Shown: one piece after another, positions 44,899 through 54,017 of the stretch
Layout of the letters: every line of letters starts with the position of its first letter
Position numbering within the stretch: position 1 is the first letter of the stretch
NCBI GenBank assembly: GCA_023334545.1
Contig: JAADVB010000008.1
Span: forward strand, 1-64,000
Direction: 5' to 3'
Length of the DNA stretch: 64,000 nt
From: Salisapilia sapeloensis CBS 127946
Taxonomy: Eukaryota; Protista; Oomycota
Translations under genes and position numbers: made by a program
Notes under the pieces: model-generated
Database searches by the model: none
What the model saw: only the letters and a program-made list of their open reading frames with translations
What the model was told of the DNA's origin: nothing

Positions 44899-45231
44899 TT
44901 ATCGTTTTTTAAATCCATACTTTTTGCGTTCGTAAAATAGATCGGTCTTGGAGCTGCCGAGGTTGACGATCTTGGGACATCCGTCTCGATCTTTCTCTAA
45001 CTGCGTGCATTCGCGACAGTAGTACGCGTCTGAGATGCCGGGGCCACCACAGATGACGCATCGACCTTGGTATGATCCGTAGTTGCACTCGTCGCAAATG
45101 TGCACGAGCGTGCACGGGCGGACGTACGAGTCGCAGATGACGCACTTGCCGTCGTCTTTCTCGCACAGACGGCCGATGGCGACGCCCGGTTGCTTCCGGC
45201 ACATAACGAGGTCGGGATGGTGCTTGGCCAT
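44899..45231 (-). CDS. PHF5A: PHD-finger-like SF3B splicing factor PHF5A/Rds3 (110 aa)
   Basis: Near-invariant sequence [39 protein letters not shown]...[12 protein letters not shown]. Confidence 0.97.
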   Translation of the reverse strand: MAKHHPDLVMCRKQPGVAIGRLCEKDDGKCVICDSYVRPCTLVHICDECNYGSYQGRCVICGGPGISDAYYCRECTQLEKDRDGCPKIVNLGSSKTDLFYERKKYGFKKR

Positions 45232-45737
45232 TGTATTTTTCTTTTTCTTTGATGAGGAGACTTTAGCTAGGAATTTCCACCAATCAGATGCAAAGCAACT
45301 TGTCTTTGAAGCGGGAAAGACATACAGTCCGTCATGGATCAATGCGCTGGCGTAGAAGACTTTCACGGCAACACATATCCATAGAAAAGTAGAAGAGAAT
45401 AAAATGTATGAAAAGAAAGCGTAGAGGACGAGTACGAGTTTTCCCGCGTTTTCCAGATTTTGAAATTGCTGGATTTTTCCGCCAATCGGATTGATTTTCC
45501 ATATATTCCGCAACACTTGAACTTTGTATAGAGCTCAGTTTCGAGGTCACTCCTCCCTCTCTCTCATGGACATATCCCACTATTTTTACATCACAAGTGT
45601 CCCCTGATTTCTACGACGACAAGTAGGGGGAGAAATGTATGGTCATACTGAATCTCTCATTCTCCCTTTTCTTCCAGCCAAAGTATACTGCATAGAAAAC
45701 CCAAGCTTCCGTTGTCTCCAAGAGGTTTTGATCGAAA

Positions 45738-46523
45738 ATGGAGCCGATCGCTGCTAGCACACTAAAAGACGAAACAACGCCATGGGGCGCGGCGCCACAG
45801 GCCGCCAAGCAAGGCAAAAAGCGCAAGCGCTTGCAGAAGAAGGCACCGGGTGCTCCGAAACGTGGCAAGTCGCCCTACATTCTCTTTTCGATGGACAAAC
45901 GGGAAGAAATCAAGTCCAAGATGCCGGCGGACGCCAAAGTCACGGACATCATGCGCGCCATCGCTGACGCATGGGCGAAAATGGGGGAGGAAGACAAGCA
46001 GCCTTGGAAAATTGCAGCGGAGCAAGACAAGCAGCGGTACGAGAAGGAAATGGCGGAATACGACGGACCACTGCGGGTGCCGAACAAGCGCGCCAAGAAG
46101 CACCCGGATGCACCCAAGCGTGCGTCCTCGGCCTTCCTGTTCTACAGCCAAGTCATGCGTCCACGCATCAAGGCAGAGCACGCGGACATGAAAAACACGG
46201 AAATCTCCAAGCAGCTTGGAGAAGCATGGGCTAAAGCCACTGACGAGCAGAAGGCTCCGTTTGTCGAGAAAGAGCGAGCTGATCGTGCTCGGTACAAGCG
46301 TGAGATGGAGGCTTGGAACAATGGAGAGCCGCTGCCGCAAGCACCACCGGAGGAAGAGAAGTTGGTGCTAGAAGGCGATGCCAAGATTCATCTCGAGACA
46401 CCAAACGTCGAAGCCAAGTTCGAGGTGGACGATGGGAATGATAATGACGATCACAAGTACCCGGATAACCTTGACTTGGATACGCTCGGGTACCCGAACT
46501 CGTACTCTGTCGGCAACATTTAA
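45738..46523 (+). CDS. Dual HMG-box protein (HMGB/Nhp6-like)
   Basis: PGAPKRGKSPYILF...IADAWAKM...RYEKEM and PDAPKRASSAFLFY...KQLGEAW...RYKREM, followed by an acidic tail. Confidence 0.92.
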   Translation: MEPIAASTLKDETTPWGAAPQAAKQGKKRKRLQKKAPGAPKRGKSPYILFSMDKREEIKSKMPADAKVTDIMRAIADAWAKMGEEDKQPWKIAAEQDKQRYEKEMAEYDGPLRVPNKRAKKHPDAPKRASSAFLFYSQVMRPRIKAEHADMKNTEISKQLGEAWAKATDEQKAPFVEKERADRARYKREMEAWNNGEPLPQAPPEEEKLVLEGDAKIHLETPNVEAKFEVDDGNDNDDHKYPDNLDLDTLGYPNSYSVGNI

Positions 46524-46637
46524 AGCTTTTTCTTTCCCTTTTTTCTCATTTCTGCGTCGACAGGATTGCTTTTACCTTTTATGGAGAATAAAAAGATGAT
46601 AAAACCCATTTGATTTGTGTTTGTACCTTGTTATGTC

Positions 46638-47879
46638 TTAAGGAGGTGACAAGGCAGACACGCCAGGCAACTCCTTGCCTTCCAACAGCTCCAGACTCGC
46701 TCCACCGCCGGTCGAGACGTGACTCACCTTGTCTTCGGTCTGGAACTTGGCGCAGCAAGTGGCAGTGTCTCCTCCGCCGATGATGCTTGCAGCTCCCTTG
46801 TTCGTCGACTCCACGACGGCGTCCATGACAGACTTGGTGCCTTGCGCAAAGTTTTCGAATTCGAACACACCCATCGGTCCGTTCCAGACAATGGTCTTGG
46901 CACGAGACACAGCTTCGGTAAATTCTTCACGAGACTTGGGGCCAATGTCAAGACCCATCCATCCGTCCGGGATGCCTTCCTCCTGCGTCACCGTCTTGAC
47001 TTGCGCGTCGGAAGCAAACTTGTCACCGGCCACAAAGTCCGATGGCAAGTGCAACTTCACATTCTTCTCCTTAGCCTTATCGACGATCTGCTGGACGATC
47101 TTACTACCATCTTCGTCGAACAATGAGCCTCCGATTTCCATCTTGTCCAGCACCTTTTTGAACGTAAAGGCCATGCCGCCGCCAATAATCATTTCGTCCA
47201 CCTTGTCGAGGAGGTTCATAATCAACTGGATCTTGTCGGCAACCTTGGCACCACCCAAGATGGACAGGAACGGGTGCTCTGGTTTCTCCAACGCCTTGGC
47301 AAAGTACACAAGTTCCTTGTCGAGGAGGAACCCGGCACACTTCTCTGGCAGATCGACACCCACCATGGAGCTGTGCGCGCGGTGGGCCGTGCCGAAAGCG
47401 TCGTTCACGTAGACGTCACCGAGCTTGCTGAGGGAAGCGCGGAAGGAAGTGACGGCGTCCTTGTCCGCCTTGATCTTGTTTCCATCCTTGTCAACACCCT
47501 TGCCTTCTTCCTCAATATGGAAACGCAAGTTCTCCAACAAGATGACGCTACCTTCAGCCGGATCGGCACACTTTTGCTCGACCTCAGCACCGACGCAGTC
47601 GTTCAAGAACTCGATTTTCTTGCCAAGCTTTTTCTCAAGGCAGTCAGCAACAGGCTTCATGCTGTACTTGGGCGTAACCTGTCCGTCCGGTCGTCCCATG
47701 TGCGACATGAGCACGACGGCTTTCGCACCATGCTCCAGTGCGTATTGGATCGTCGGCAACGCGCCATCAATGCGCTGGGTATTTGTAATCTCTCCGTCTT
47801 TCAATGGGACGTTAAAGTCGACTCGCATGAGTACGCGTTTCCCGCGCACTTCGACACTCTTCAGACTCTTCTTCTCCAT
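46638..47879 (-). CDS. PGK: Phosphoglycerate kinase (no N-terminal presequence)
   Basis: [46 protein letters not shown] and [15 protein letters not shown]. Confidence 0.98.
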   Translation of the reverse strand: MEKKSLKSVEVRGKRVLMRVDFNVPLKDGEITNTQRIDGALPTIQYALEHGAKAVVLMSHMGRPDGQVTPKYSMKPVADCLEKKLGKKIEFLNDCVGAEVEQKCADPAEGSVILLENLRFHIEEEGKGVDKDGNKIKADKDAVTSFRASLSKLGDVYVNDAFGTAHRAHSSMVGVDLPEKCAGFLLDKELVYFAKALEKPEHPFLSILGGAKVADKIQLIMNLLDKVDEMIIGGGMAFTFKKVLDKMEIGGSLFDEDGSKIVQQIVDKAKEKNVKLHLPSDFVAGDKFASDAQVKTVTQEEGIPDGWMGLDIGPKSREEFTEAVSRAKTIVWNGPMGVFEFENFAQGTKSVMDAVVESTNKGAASIIGGGDTATCCAKFQTEDKVSHVSTGGGASLELLEGKELPGVSALSPP

Positions 47880-47907
47880 GCTTCGCTTGCGATCTCTCTC
47901 GGACGTG

Positions 47908-47923
47908 GCAAATTTGAAAATGA
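47908..47923 (-). promoter_or_regulatory. Inr + FPR core promoter of PGK
   Basis: The minus strand reads TCATTTTCAAATTTGC, matching YCAYTYY and MWTTTNC, 30-45 nt upstream of the PGK ATG. Confidence 0.6.
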
Positions 47924-48803
47924 AAGATCTTGAAGGCGACGGATCTACTCGCTTGATAGTTTATCAGGACAGCAAGAAGGTGGCGTAATATAGCGAGACG
48001 ATGGCGTTGCCGTTTCGACGAACGTTTGTCGACGGGATCTATTAGCCACACTTTATTGACAAAAAGAGGGTGTTTCAAGAAGATAACATCCAGGAAGAGG
48101 TACGAAAGGGGTTTTGGAACCAGGTTACCAGTGTTGTGCTATCTTTAGATCTGCTTTAAACGTAAGCGTTTATGTTTGTCCAGCAAACGAAGGGAATGGA
48201 GAGGTATCATAGATACTTTGGGTGATAGGAAGGTTTCAGTGGGATGAGCTTGTCGAGCATAGCGTCTCAAGTGACGATGAGACCAACGTGTATCAATTTA
48301 CACTGCGTGGATACAACAAGAGAAATTGTGTAGTGATTATGCTAAAGTGTACGACATTCAGACGCAACCAAGCCGCTAAATCGCATGCAATACTAGCTTG
48401 AGTCAAACAGCACGGTACAATCTATCAAGATAGCCACCAGTACGTCGAACTATTCCGAATCCAGCCTTGCACATACCACCTAGCAATCTTGTCGTACCAA
48501 TATGTACTTGATACCCACTCTCCATCCAAGACCACTACGTCATTCCCATAAAAAACGCATGTACATCCATCCATCTCCTCGTTTGTCCATTACTCTCCAC
48601 TACCCTCCTCCTTTGTCAAATCCGGATTAGCTTGCTTGTCGTATAGAGCATCGTCTCCTTGCAAAAGAAAAAGTATTTGTAAAAAATTGAATAAAAACAT
48701 TCAGACTGGATATAAAAAAACATATACAAAAGGGCGATCTGGAGAAGGCGAAGGACGCCATTACTCAATCCGCCAAGTCGAGGACACGTCGGACCTGGTA
48801 AAG

Positions 48804-51800
48804 ATGTCCAAGCCTCGAGTCGGACTTAAAAGTACGAGTGAACTGCCGGCGTATGACCGTTTCCAGCCGCACGCGTCATCCAATGTCGATCCGTCCAAGC
48901 TAAGCGTCGCGCAGCGACTTGTCCTGGAGAATCGACAACGTGCGGCCGAGCGCAGTCGACGACGCAATACGAAGCAAGTGATTGAATCCCTGAATGCCAG
49001 TCCGGTGGAAGTCGGGGCGCAGATATGGGTGCCGGATGAGGAACAAGTGTGGAGGGCCGTGGAAATCGTATCCTACGGACAGGACCAGGAAAAGGGCATG
49101 GTGCTTGTCGTACGTGGCGCCAAGGGGGAAGAAGAGGTCGACATGCGGGACCTCGGAGACTTGTACCGAGTCAACCCCCGCGTCGTCGATGACATGACGT
49201 CGCTCTACTACATCCATGAAGCCGGTATCTTGGCGAATCTAGAAGCGAGGTCCAAGCCTGGACAATTGCGACCGTATACACTCATGGCGAACGTCTTGAT
49301 TGCCGTGAATCCGTTGGTCAAGACGGTGGAACCCAAGGTGGAGGATTATATTCAGACGCAGATGGGGGACCGACCGCCGCATCCGTACGCGATCGCTGAA
49401 GTTGCGTTCCAGCAAATGGCTTTACGTACGCCTGCAACGTGTCAGAGTATCGTGATTTCAGGAGAATCTGGTGCAGGCAAGACGGAAACGAGTAAGATCG
49501 TCTTGCGCTACTTGACGTCTCGAGAGTACTTGACGACGCCCAAGGAGCCCAAGATCGAGAGCAAGCACGTTGCGACGGAACTAGACCAGCGTCTATGGGA
49601 CACGAATCCGATTCTGGAAGCCTTTGGTAACGCCAAGACCTTGCGCAACCACAACAGTAGTCGATTCGGTAAGTTCATGAAGCTGCAATTCCGTCCAGAA
49701 GACAATGCACTATGTGGTGCGTTCGTCGAAACGTATTTGCTGGAAAAGTTCCGTGTCGTGGCGCAGATTCCGGGCGAACGTAACTTCCACGTCTTCTACT
49801 TCCTCCTGTCTGGTGCTCAGCACAGTATGAAGCAGCAGTTGGGGCTCTCGAAAGCACAGGACTATGCTTACTTGAACCAAAGTGGCATGTACACGGATAA
49901 AAATGTGGACGATGAGCTCTTGTTTGATGAACTCGTGAGTGCACTCAAGACGGTCGGAATTGACCATGAGCTGCAGCAGAGCGTCTTCTCCGTCCTCGCG
50001 ATGTTGCTTCACCTTGGTAACATCCGTCTCGATAATAAGGAGACGGCGGAAGGTGATGCAGGAGAAGTCACGAGCGACGGACAGAAGGCATTGGTTCAAT
50101 GCGCTAAGCTCTTGGGTGTGGAAGACAACGAGTTGCAGCGTGTCATTACCGTTCGTGAGATCACGACGAGAGGAGAGACGTTTACCATTCGTCGTAGTGG
50201 CAAAGAAGGCTCATACGTGCGTGACGCGATTGCCAAGGCCGTGTACGACCAGCTCTTCAAGTGGATCTTGTACCGCATTAACATGAGCTTGGGCCATGGC
50301 GACAACTCGCTTCCGTTCATCGGTGTCTTAGATATCTTTGGCTTTGAAAGCTTTGAAGAGAACGACTTTGAGCAGCTTTTGATCAACTATGCGAATGAAG
50401 CCCTGCAAGCAACGTTCAACCAGCAAGTGTTCATCGCAGAGCAAGAGCTGTTTGAGCAGGAAGGCATTGAAGTCGGTGAGATTGCTTGGCCAGATAATCG
50501 CGAGTGCATCAACTTGATTTCGAATAAACCTAACGGTATCCTTCCGTTGTTGGATCAAGAAGCCAAGACGCCTCAACCAAGTGACGAGAAGTGGAATGCG
50601 ACGTTGCATAAGACCCATGCTGGTCACCCGCACTTTTTACCGCCGCACGAGAAAGATAAAAAGTATGAGTTCATCATTAAGCACTTTGCGACGCGTGTGC
50701 CGTACCAAGTGGGTAACTTTATCGACAAGAATAACGATACGATCCCGAAGGACTTGCAGGACTTTGTCATGTCGAGCAAAGCGGACTTGATTAAGGAACT
50801 CTTTTCGAGTAAAGTTGAAGTCGAGATGCTCCATGGAGGTGTCTCGGCTGCACCCACTTCGAATGTGAATAAGAAGAAGCAGACGGTAGGTGCCAAGTTC
50901 TGTGATCAGATGCAAGATCTTGTGGATACATTGAACGCGACGCGTTGTAACTTTATTCGGTGCATTAAGCCGAATCCGACGATGACAGCAGGTGAGTTCG
51001 ATCGAGGGTACGTTGTCGATCAATTGCGATCCACAGGTATGCTAGCAACGTGTGAGCTCCTCAAGGTCGGTCTCCCGACACGTGTGTCGTACGAAGAGAT
51101 TTGTCGGATTTACAAACCTGCGCTACCTCCGTCCGTGACACCCATGTTCGAGCCTTACAACAATCGAACGTTCACGGAAGCTGTCTTGTGGTCGTTCCGA
51201 GTCGACCCAGACGCGTATCGTCTCGGACGAACGAAAGTGTTCTTTAAAACAGGCAAGATTGCTCTCCTCGATGCTCTCTTGAAGGTCGATATGGAGAAGA
51301 TGGGACCGTGGATTGTCTCTCGACTGCGCAAGTGGCTTGCACGTCGTCGATGGAGATATGCGACGGCCAAGGTGTTGGCGCAGAAAGCGTTTTTGTGGCT
51401 CTTGGAACGTAGCCGACAGCGAAAGCGAGCGATCCTCAAGATGCAAGCTGCGGTCCGCATGTTCCGTGCGAAGAAACAGTTCCTCAAGTATCGAAGTGCG
51501 CACCGTAATCGTATGCGACGTCGCGCAGCGATCAAGAAGAAGATGAAGGGCGCTGTACGTGCTATCCAGGCTGCGAGATGGTTCAACGACGTCCTATCGA
51601 AGATTCGTGTCGAGAAACAGCAGCAGCATGAAGCTGCGAGGAAGATGCAGGCGGTGGTGCGTGGTAAATTCGGTCGGAAGACTGCCGCGAGGAAGAGGCA
51701 GGCGATGCAGGAAGCAGAGCTTCGCAAGCGTCTGGAGCAAGAGGAGCATGAGCGTAAGCAGAGCGCACAGCGTCGATGGAAGGCGTTGTACGCGACTGTC

Positions 51801-53171
51801 AAAGCGCAGAAACACTTTGTCACTCTCTTGCACACGGTCCGGAAGCGTCGCGAGGCGGTGGAAGAAGCGCGACGTGTAGCGGATGAACAGGAGCGTCAGC
51901 GTCTGCAGCAAGAGGAAGAGGCTCGTAAGCGTCGTGAGCAGGAGGAAGAGGAACGTCAGAGGCAGTTGGCTCTGAAGAAGAACGAGGCAGCGCGTAAGAT
52001 TCAGCGCGCTTTCCGTGCGAAACTCGCCAAGGAAGATGCCAAGCGAGAGATTGCTCGTTTAGCGGCGTTGCAGACAAATGAAGAGGCTCAGCGAGCGTTG
52101 GAAGAGGCGGAGAGAGCGGCGCAAGAGGCCGAGATGGCGAAGCAGATGGAGAGCGATGCGTGGAACCAGTACAATTCGTGGGAAGAAGCGCATAAGCAGG
52201 TGGAGCCAGAGCTTCCGGAGAAAACGGAGGAGGATGCGAAGCGGGAGGAAGAGCTGGATCAGGCTGGCAAGGATATCTTTGGCGAAGAGGATGAAGGCCA
52301 TGGTCCGATGATGTCTGCTGAAGATGAGAACCAGATTAACCCAGTGAACCGCAGTCAGGAGTTCCCGACTGGTCCGCCGATTCCGTACAAGGGAGGTATC
52401 TTGACGTGCACGATGCTCGGTCATCGGAAGCAGCAGGATGAGAACTGGGGAGATGAGTACACGGAGTACGTCCTCCGTTTGACGTGGAGTCGAGACATCT
52501 TGGAGCAGAGTCAGACGGCGTGGCTAGTCGGTGGTCGATACAATGACTTTAACGCGTTGCATCAAGAGCTGAAGGCTGCTGCGAGTGGCGTGCGAGGGAA
52601 GAGAGCGCCGTGGTTCCCTCGATTCCCGAAGCGTCATCCGTTCTCGAGCATGTTGGGCAAGAACCAGGAAGAAAAGTTCATTATCAAGCGCGAAAAGGAG
52701 CTGAATCGATACATGACGCAGGTGTTGACGCAGATGCCGGATGCACTCCAGAACATCCATATGGACCGCTTTTTGAATTTGACGTGGCGGACGCAAGATA
52801 TCTCGGAGAGAGAGGCGTACGCTGAAGCGAGGCGTCGGTGGGAAGAGGAGGAGCAGCAGGCGATGGCGAATGCGGCGGAAGCAGAGCCGTTGTCGGAGGA
52901 AGAGCTGCAGGAGGTCGAGACGTTGGTGTCGCAGCTGACGCAAAAGGTGATCTATGCAGCGGGAGACGTGCGTCAGGACACGGAGCTGCAGGAGATGATT
53001 CACGCAGTCAAGGTGCTGCAGCCGAGGGTGAAGAAGACGGCGGATATCGGCGGACATGCGAATGTGGAGCTGATTCCGTTGGCGATGCAGCTGCAGGATG
53101 ACATTTCGGAGGCGTTTAGTCAGTACAATGATACGTTGCTGGCGCTACGTCTCGGACAGGACTTAAGCTGA
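48804..53171 (+). CDS. Myosin (myosin-VI-related) with IQ/SAH lever, PX domain and C-terminal GAT-like helical bundle
   Basis: Motor motifs GESGAGKT, NSSRFGK, DIFGFE and FIRCIKPN. IQ motifs and an E/R/K-rich helix follow. PX signature RYNDFNALHQELK...FPRFPK...REKELNRYMTQVL. Intronless; start placed at MSKPRVG. Confidence 0.95.
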   Translation: MSKPRVGLKSTSELPAYDRFQPHASSNVDPSKLSVAQRLVLENRQRAAERSRRRNTKQVIESLNASPVEVGAQIWVPDEEQVWRAVEIVSYGQDQEKGMVLVVRGAKGEEEVDMRDLGDLYRVNPRVVDDMTSLYYIHEAGILANLEARSKPGQLRPYTLMANVLIAVNPLVKTVEPKVEDYIQTQMGDRPPHPYAIAEVAFQQMALRTPATCQSIVISGESGAGKTETSKIVLRYLTSREYLTTPKEPKIESKHVATELDQRLWDTNPILEAFGNAKTLRNHNSSRFGKFMKLQFRPEDNALCGAFVETYLLEKFRVVAQIPGERNFHVFYFLLSGAQHSMKQQLGLSKAQDYAYLNQSGMYTDKNVDDELLFDELVSALKTVGIDHELQQSVFSVLAMLLHLGNIRLDNKETAEGDAGEVTSDGQKALVQCAKLLGVEDNELQRVITVREITTRGETFTIRRSGKEGSYVRDAIAKAVYDQLFKWILYRINMSLGHGDNSLPFIGVLDIFGFESFEENDFEQLLINYANEALQATFNQQVFIAEQELFEQEGIEVGEIAWPDNRECINLISNKPNGILPLLDQEAKTPQPSDEKWNATLHKTHAGHPHFLPPHEKDKKYEFIIKHFATRVPYQVGNFIDKNNDTIPKDLQDFVMSSKADLIKELFSSKVEVEMLHGGVSAAPTSNVNKKKQTVGAKFCDQMQDLVDTLNATRCNFIRCIKPNPTMTAGEFDRGYVVDQLRSTGMLATCELLKVGLPTRVSYEEICRIYKPALPPSVTPMFEPYNNRTFTEAVLWSFRVDPDAYRLGRTKVFFKTGKIALLDALLKVDMEKMGPWIVSRLRKWLARRRWRYATAKVLAQKAFLWLLERSRQRKRAILKMQAAVRMFRAKKQFLKYRSAHRNRMRRRAAIKKKMKGAVRAIQAARWFNDVLSKIRVEKQQQHEAARKMQAVVRGKFGRKTAARKRQAMQEAELRKRLEQEEHERKQSAQRRWKALYATVKAQKHFVTLLHTVRKRREAVEEARRVADEQERQRLQQEEEARKRREQEEEERQRQLALKKNEAARKIQRAFRAKLAKEDAKREIARLAALQTNEEAQRALEEAERAAQEAEMAKQMESDAWNQYNSWEEAHKQVEPELPEKTEEDAKREEELDQAGKDIFGEEDEGHGPMMSAEDENQINPVNRSQEFPTGPPIPYKGGILTCTMLGHRKQQDENWGDEYTEYVLRLTWSRDILEQSQTAWLVGGRYNDFNALHQELKAAASGVRGKRAPWFPRFPKRHPFSSMLGKNQEEKFIIKREKELNRYMTQVLTQMPDALQNIHMDRFLNLTWRTQDISEREAYAEARRRWEEEEQQAMANAAEAEPLSEEELQEVETLVSQLTQKVIYAAGDVRQDTELQEMIHAVKVLQPRVKKTADIGGHANVELIPLAMQLQDDISEAFSQYNDTLLALRLGQDLS

Positions 53172-53215
53172 TTTGTTTTCAATGGAAGGAACATGAATAA
53201 ATTTTCTTTTTCTCG

Positions 53216-53920
53216 TTACGGTTTAAAGTGTTTTGCGACGAGGAAGAGCTCGGAGGATTCCGGACGTGATGATGAAGGCTTGATACCTTTGACGCTTTCG
53301 AAGTGTTCCTTGAGATGAGATCGGAACGACTCGGAGTCTTCGCCTTTGAGGATCTTGGTGGCAAAGTGTCCGCCTGGAGCTAGGAAGAGGTGAGCCATCT
53401 GAAGCGCGTTGTGGCATAGTCGGAGCTGAGCTTGACTGTCTCGGAAAGTATTGCCGGAAAAGGATGGAGCCATGTCGCTTAAGAGGACATTTACCTTCCG
53501 GTGACCTAGTAGTCTATCGATCTCGTCGCGGATGGCGCGCTGACGGAAGTCTCCTACGACGACGCCAGCTCCTTCGATGCTTTCCATGTGGAGTAAGTCG
53601 ACGGCGACGACTTTGACGCCGTCTTTGGTGTCGTTATACTTTTTGCCTGTCGAACTCTCGACTGCTATCTGTGTCCAGCCGCCAGGAGCAGCACCTAGAT
53701 CGAGTACAAGGTCATTCTTCTTGATGATCTGATGCTTTTGGTTCAGTTCTCGCAGCTTGAGCGCCGCACGAGACCGTAGACCTTCGCGTTTGGCCTGTTT
53801 GACAGCCGGATCACGCCATTGACGACGTACCCATCGAGCACTGTTGCTCGACTTGCCTTTGAGACTCCGCTTTTCGCGTAGAATTCCAGTGGTTTGGATC
53901 ACGCACTGCCGAAATGACAT
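53216..53920 (-). CDS. MRM2: FtsJ/RrmJ rRNA 2'-O-methyltransferase, mitochondrial MRM2-like
   Basis: RSRAALKLREL, VLDLGAAPGGWTQ, LSDMAP, TKILKG and SRPESSELFL. Start placed at MSFRQC. Confidence 0.88.
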   Translation of the reverse strand: MSFRQCVIQTTGILREKRSLKGKSSNSARWVRRQWRDPAVKQAKREGLRSRAALKLRELNQKHQIIKKNDLVLDLGAAPGGWTQIAVESSTGKKYNDTKDGVKVVAVDLLHMESIEGAGVVVGDFRQRAIRDEIDRLLGHRKVNVLLSDMAPSFSGNTFRDSQAQLRLCHNALQMAHLFLAPGGHFATKILKGEDSESFRSHLKEHFESVKGIKPSSSRPESSELFLVAKHFKP

Positions 53921-54017
53921 GATGTTTCGTTGTATCGTTTGGTGTCCAATTGATCTCGTAGAGTTTTGCCCCGATAGCAGATGGAAATTCGTATCGACGC
54001 ACAAGATAGAAGACGGT

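Noticed and set aside
44640-45740. Splicing of SSRP1 to the HMG gene with PHF5A nested in an intron
   Set aside because: SSRP1 ends in a normal acidic/basic tail and stop. An intron of about 1 kb would be far outside the 50-90 nt range seen here. It was kept only as an adjacency finding.
46719-47988. Long + strand ORFs (135-227 aa) antisense to PGK; similar ones opposite HMG, myosin and SSRP1
   Set aside because: These are shadow ORFs expected from strong G/C-ending codon bias of the real gene, with no recognisable motifs.
48636-48803. ORF-track N-terminal extensions (myosin from 48636; also HVA22 to 20719, PHF5A to 45516, MRM2 to 54214, NST from 53844, esterase from 35577)
   Set aside because: They begin at TTG/GTG or run through promoter or neighbouring-gene sequence. 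Downstream ATGs give the expected family N-termini.
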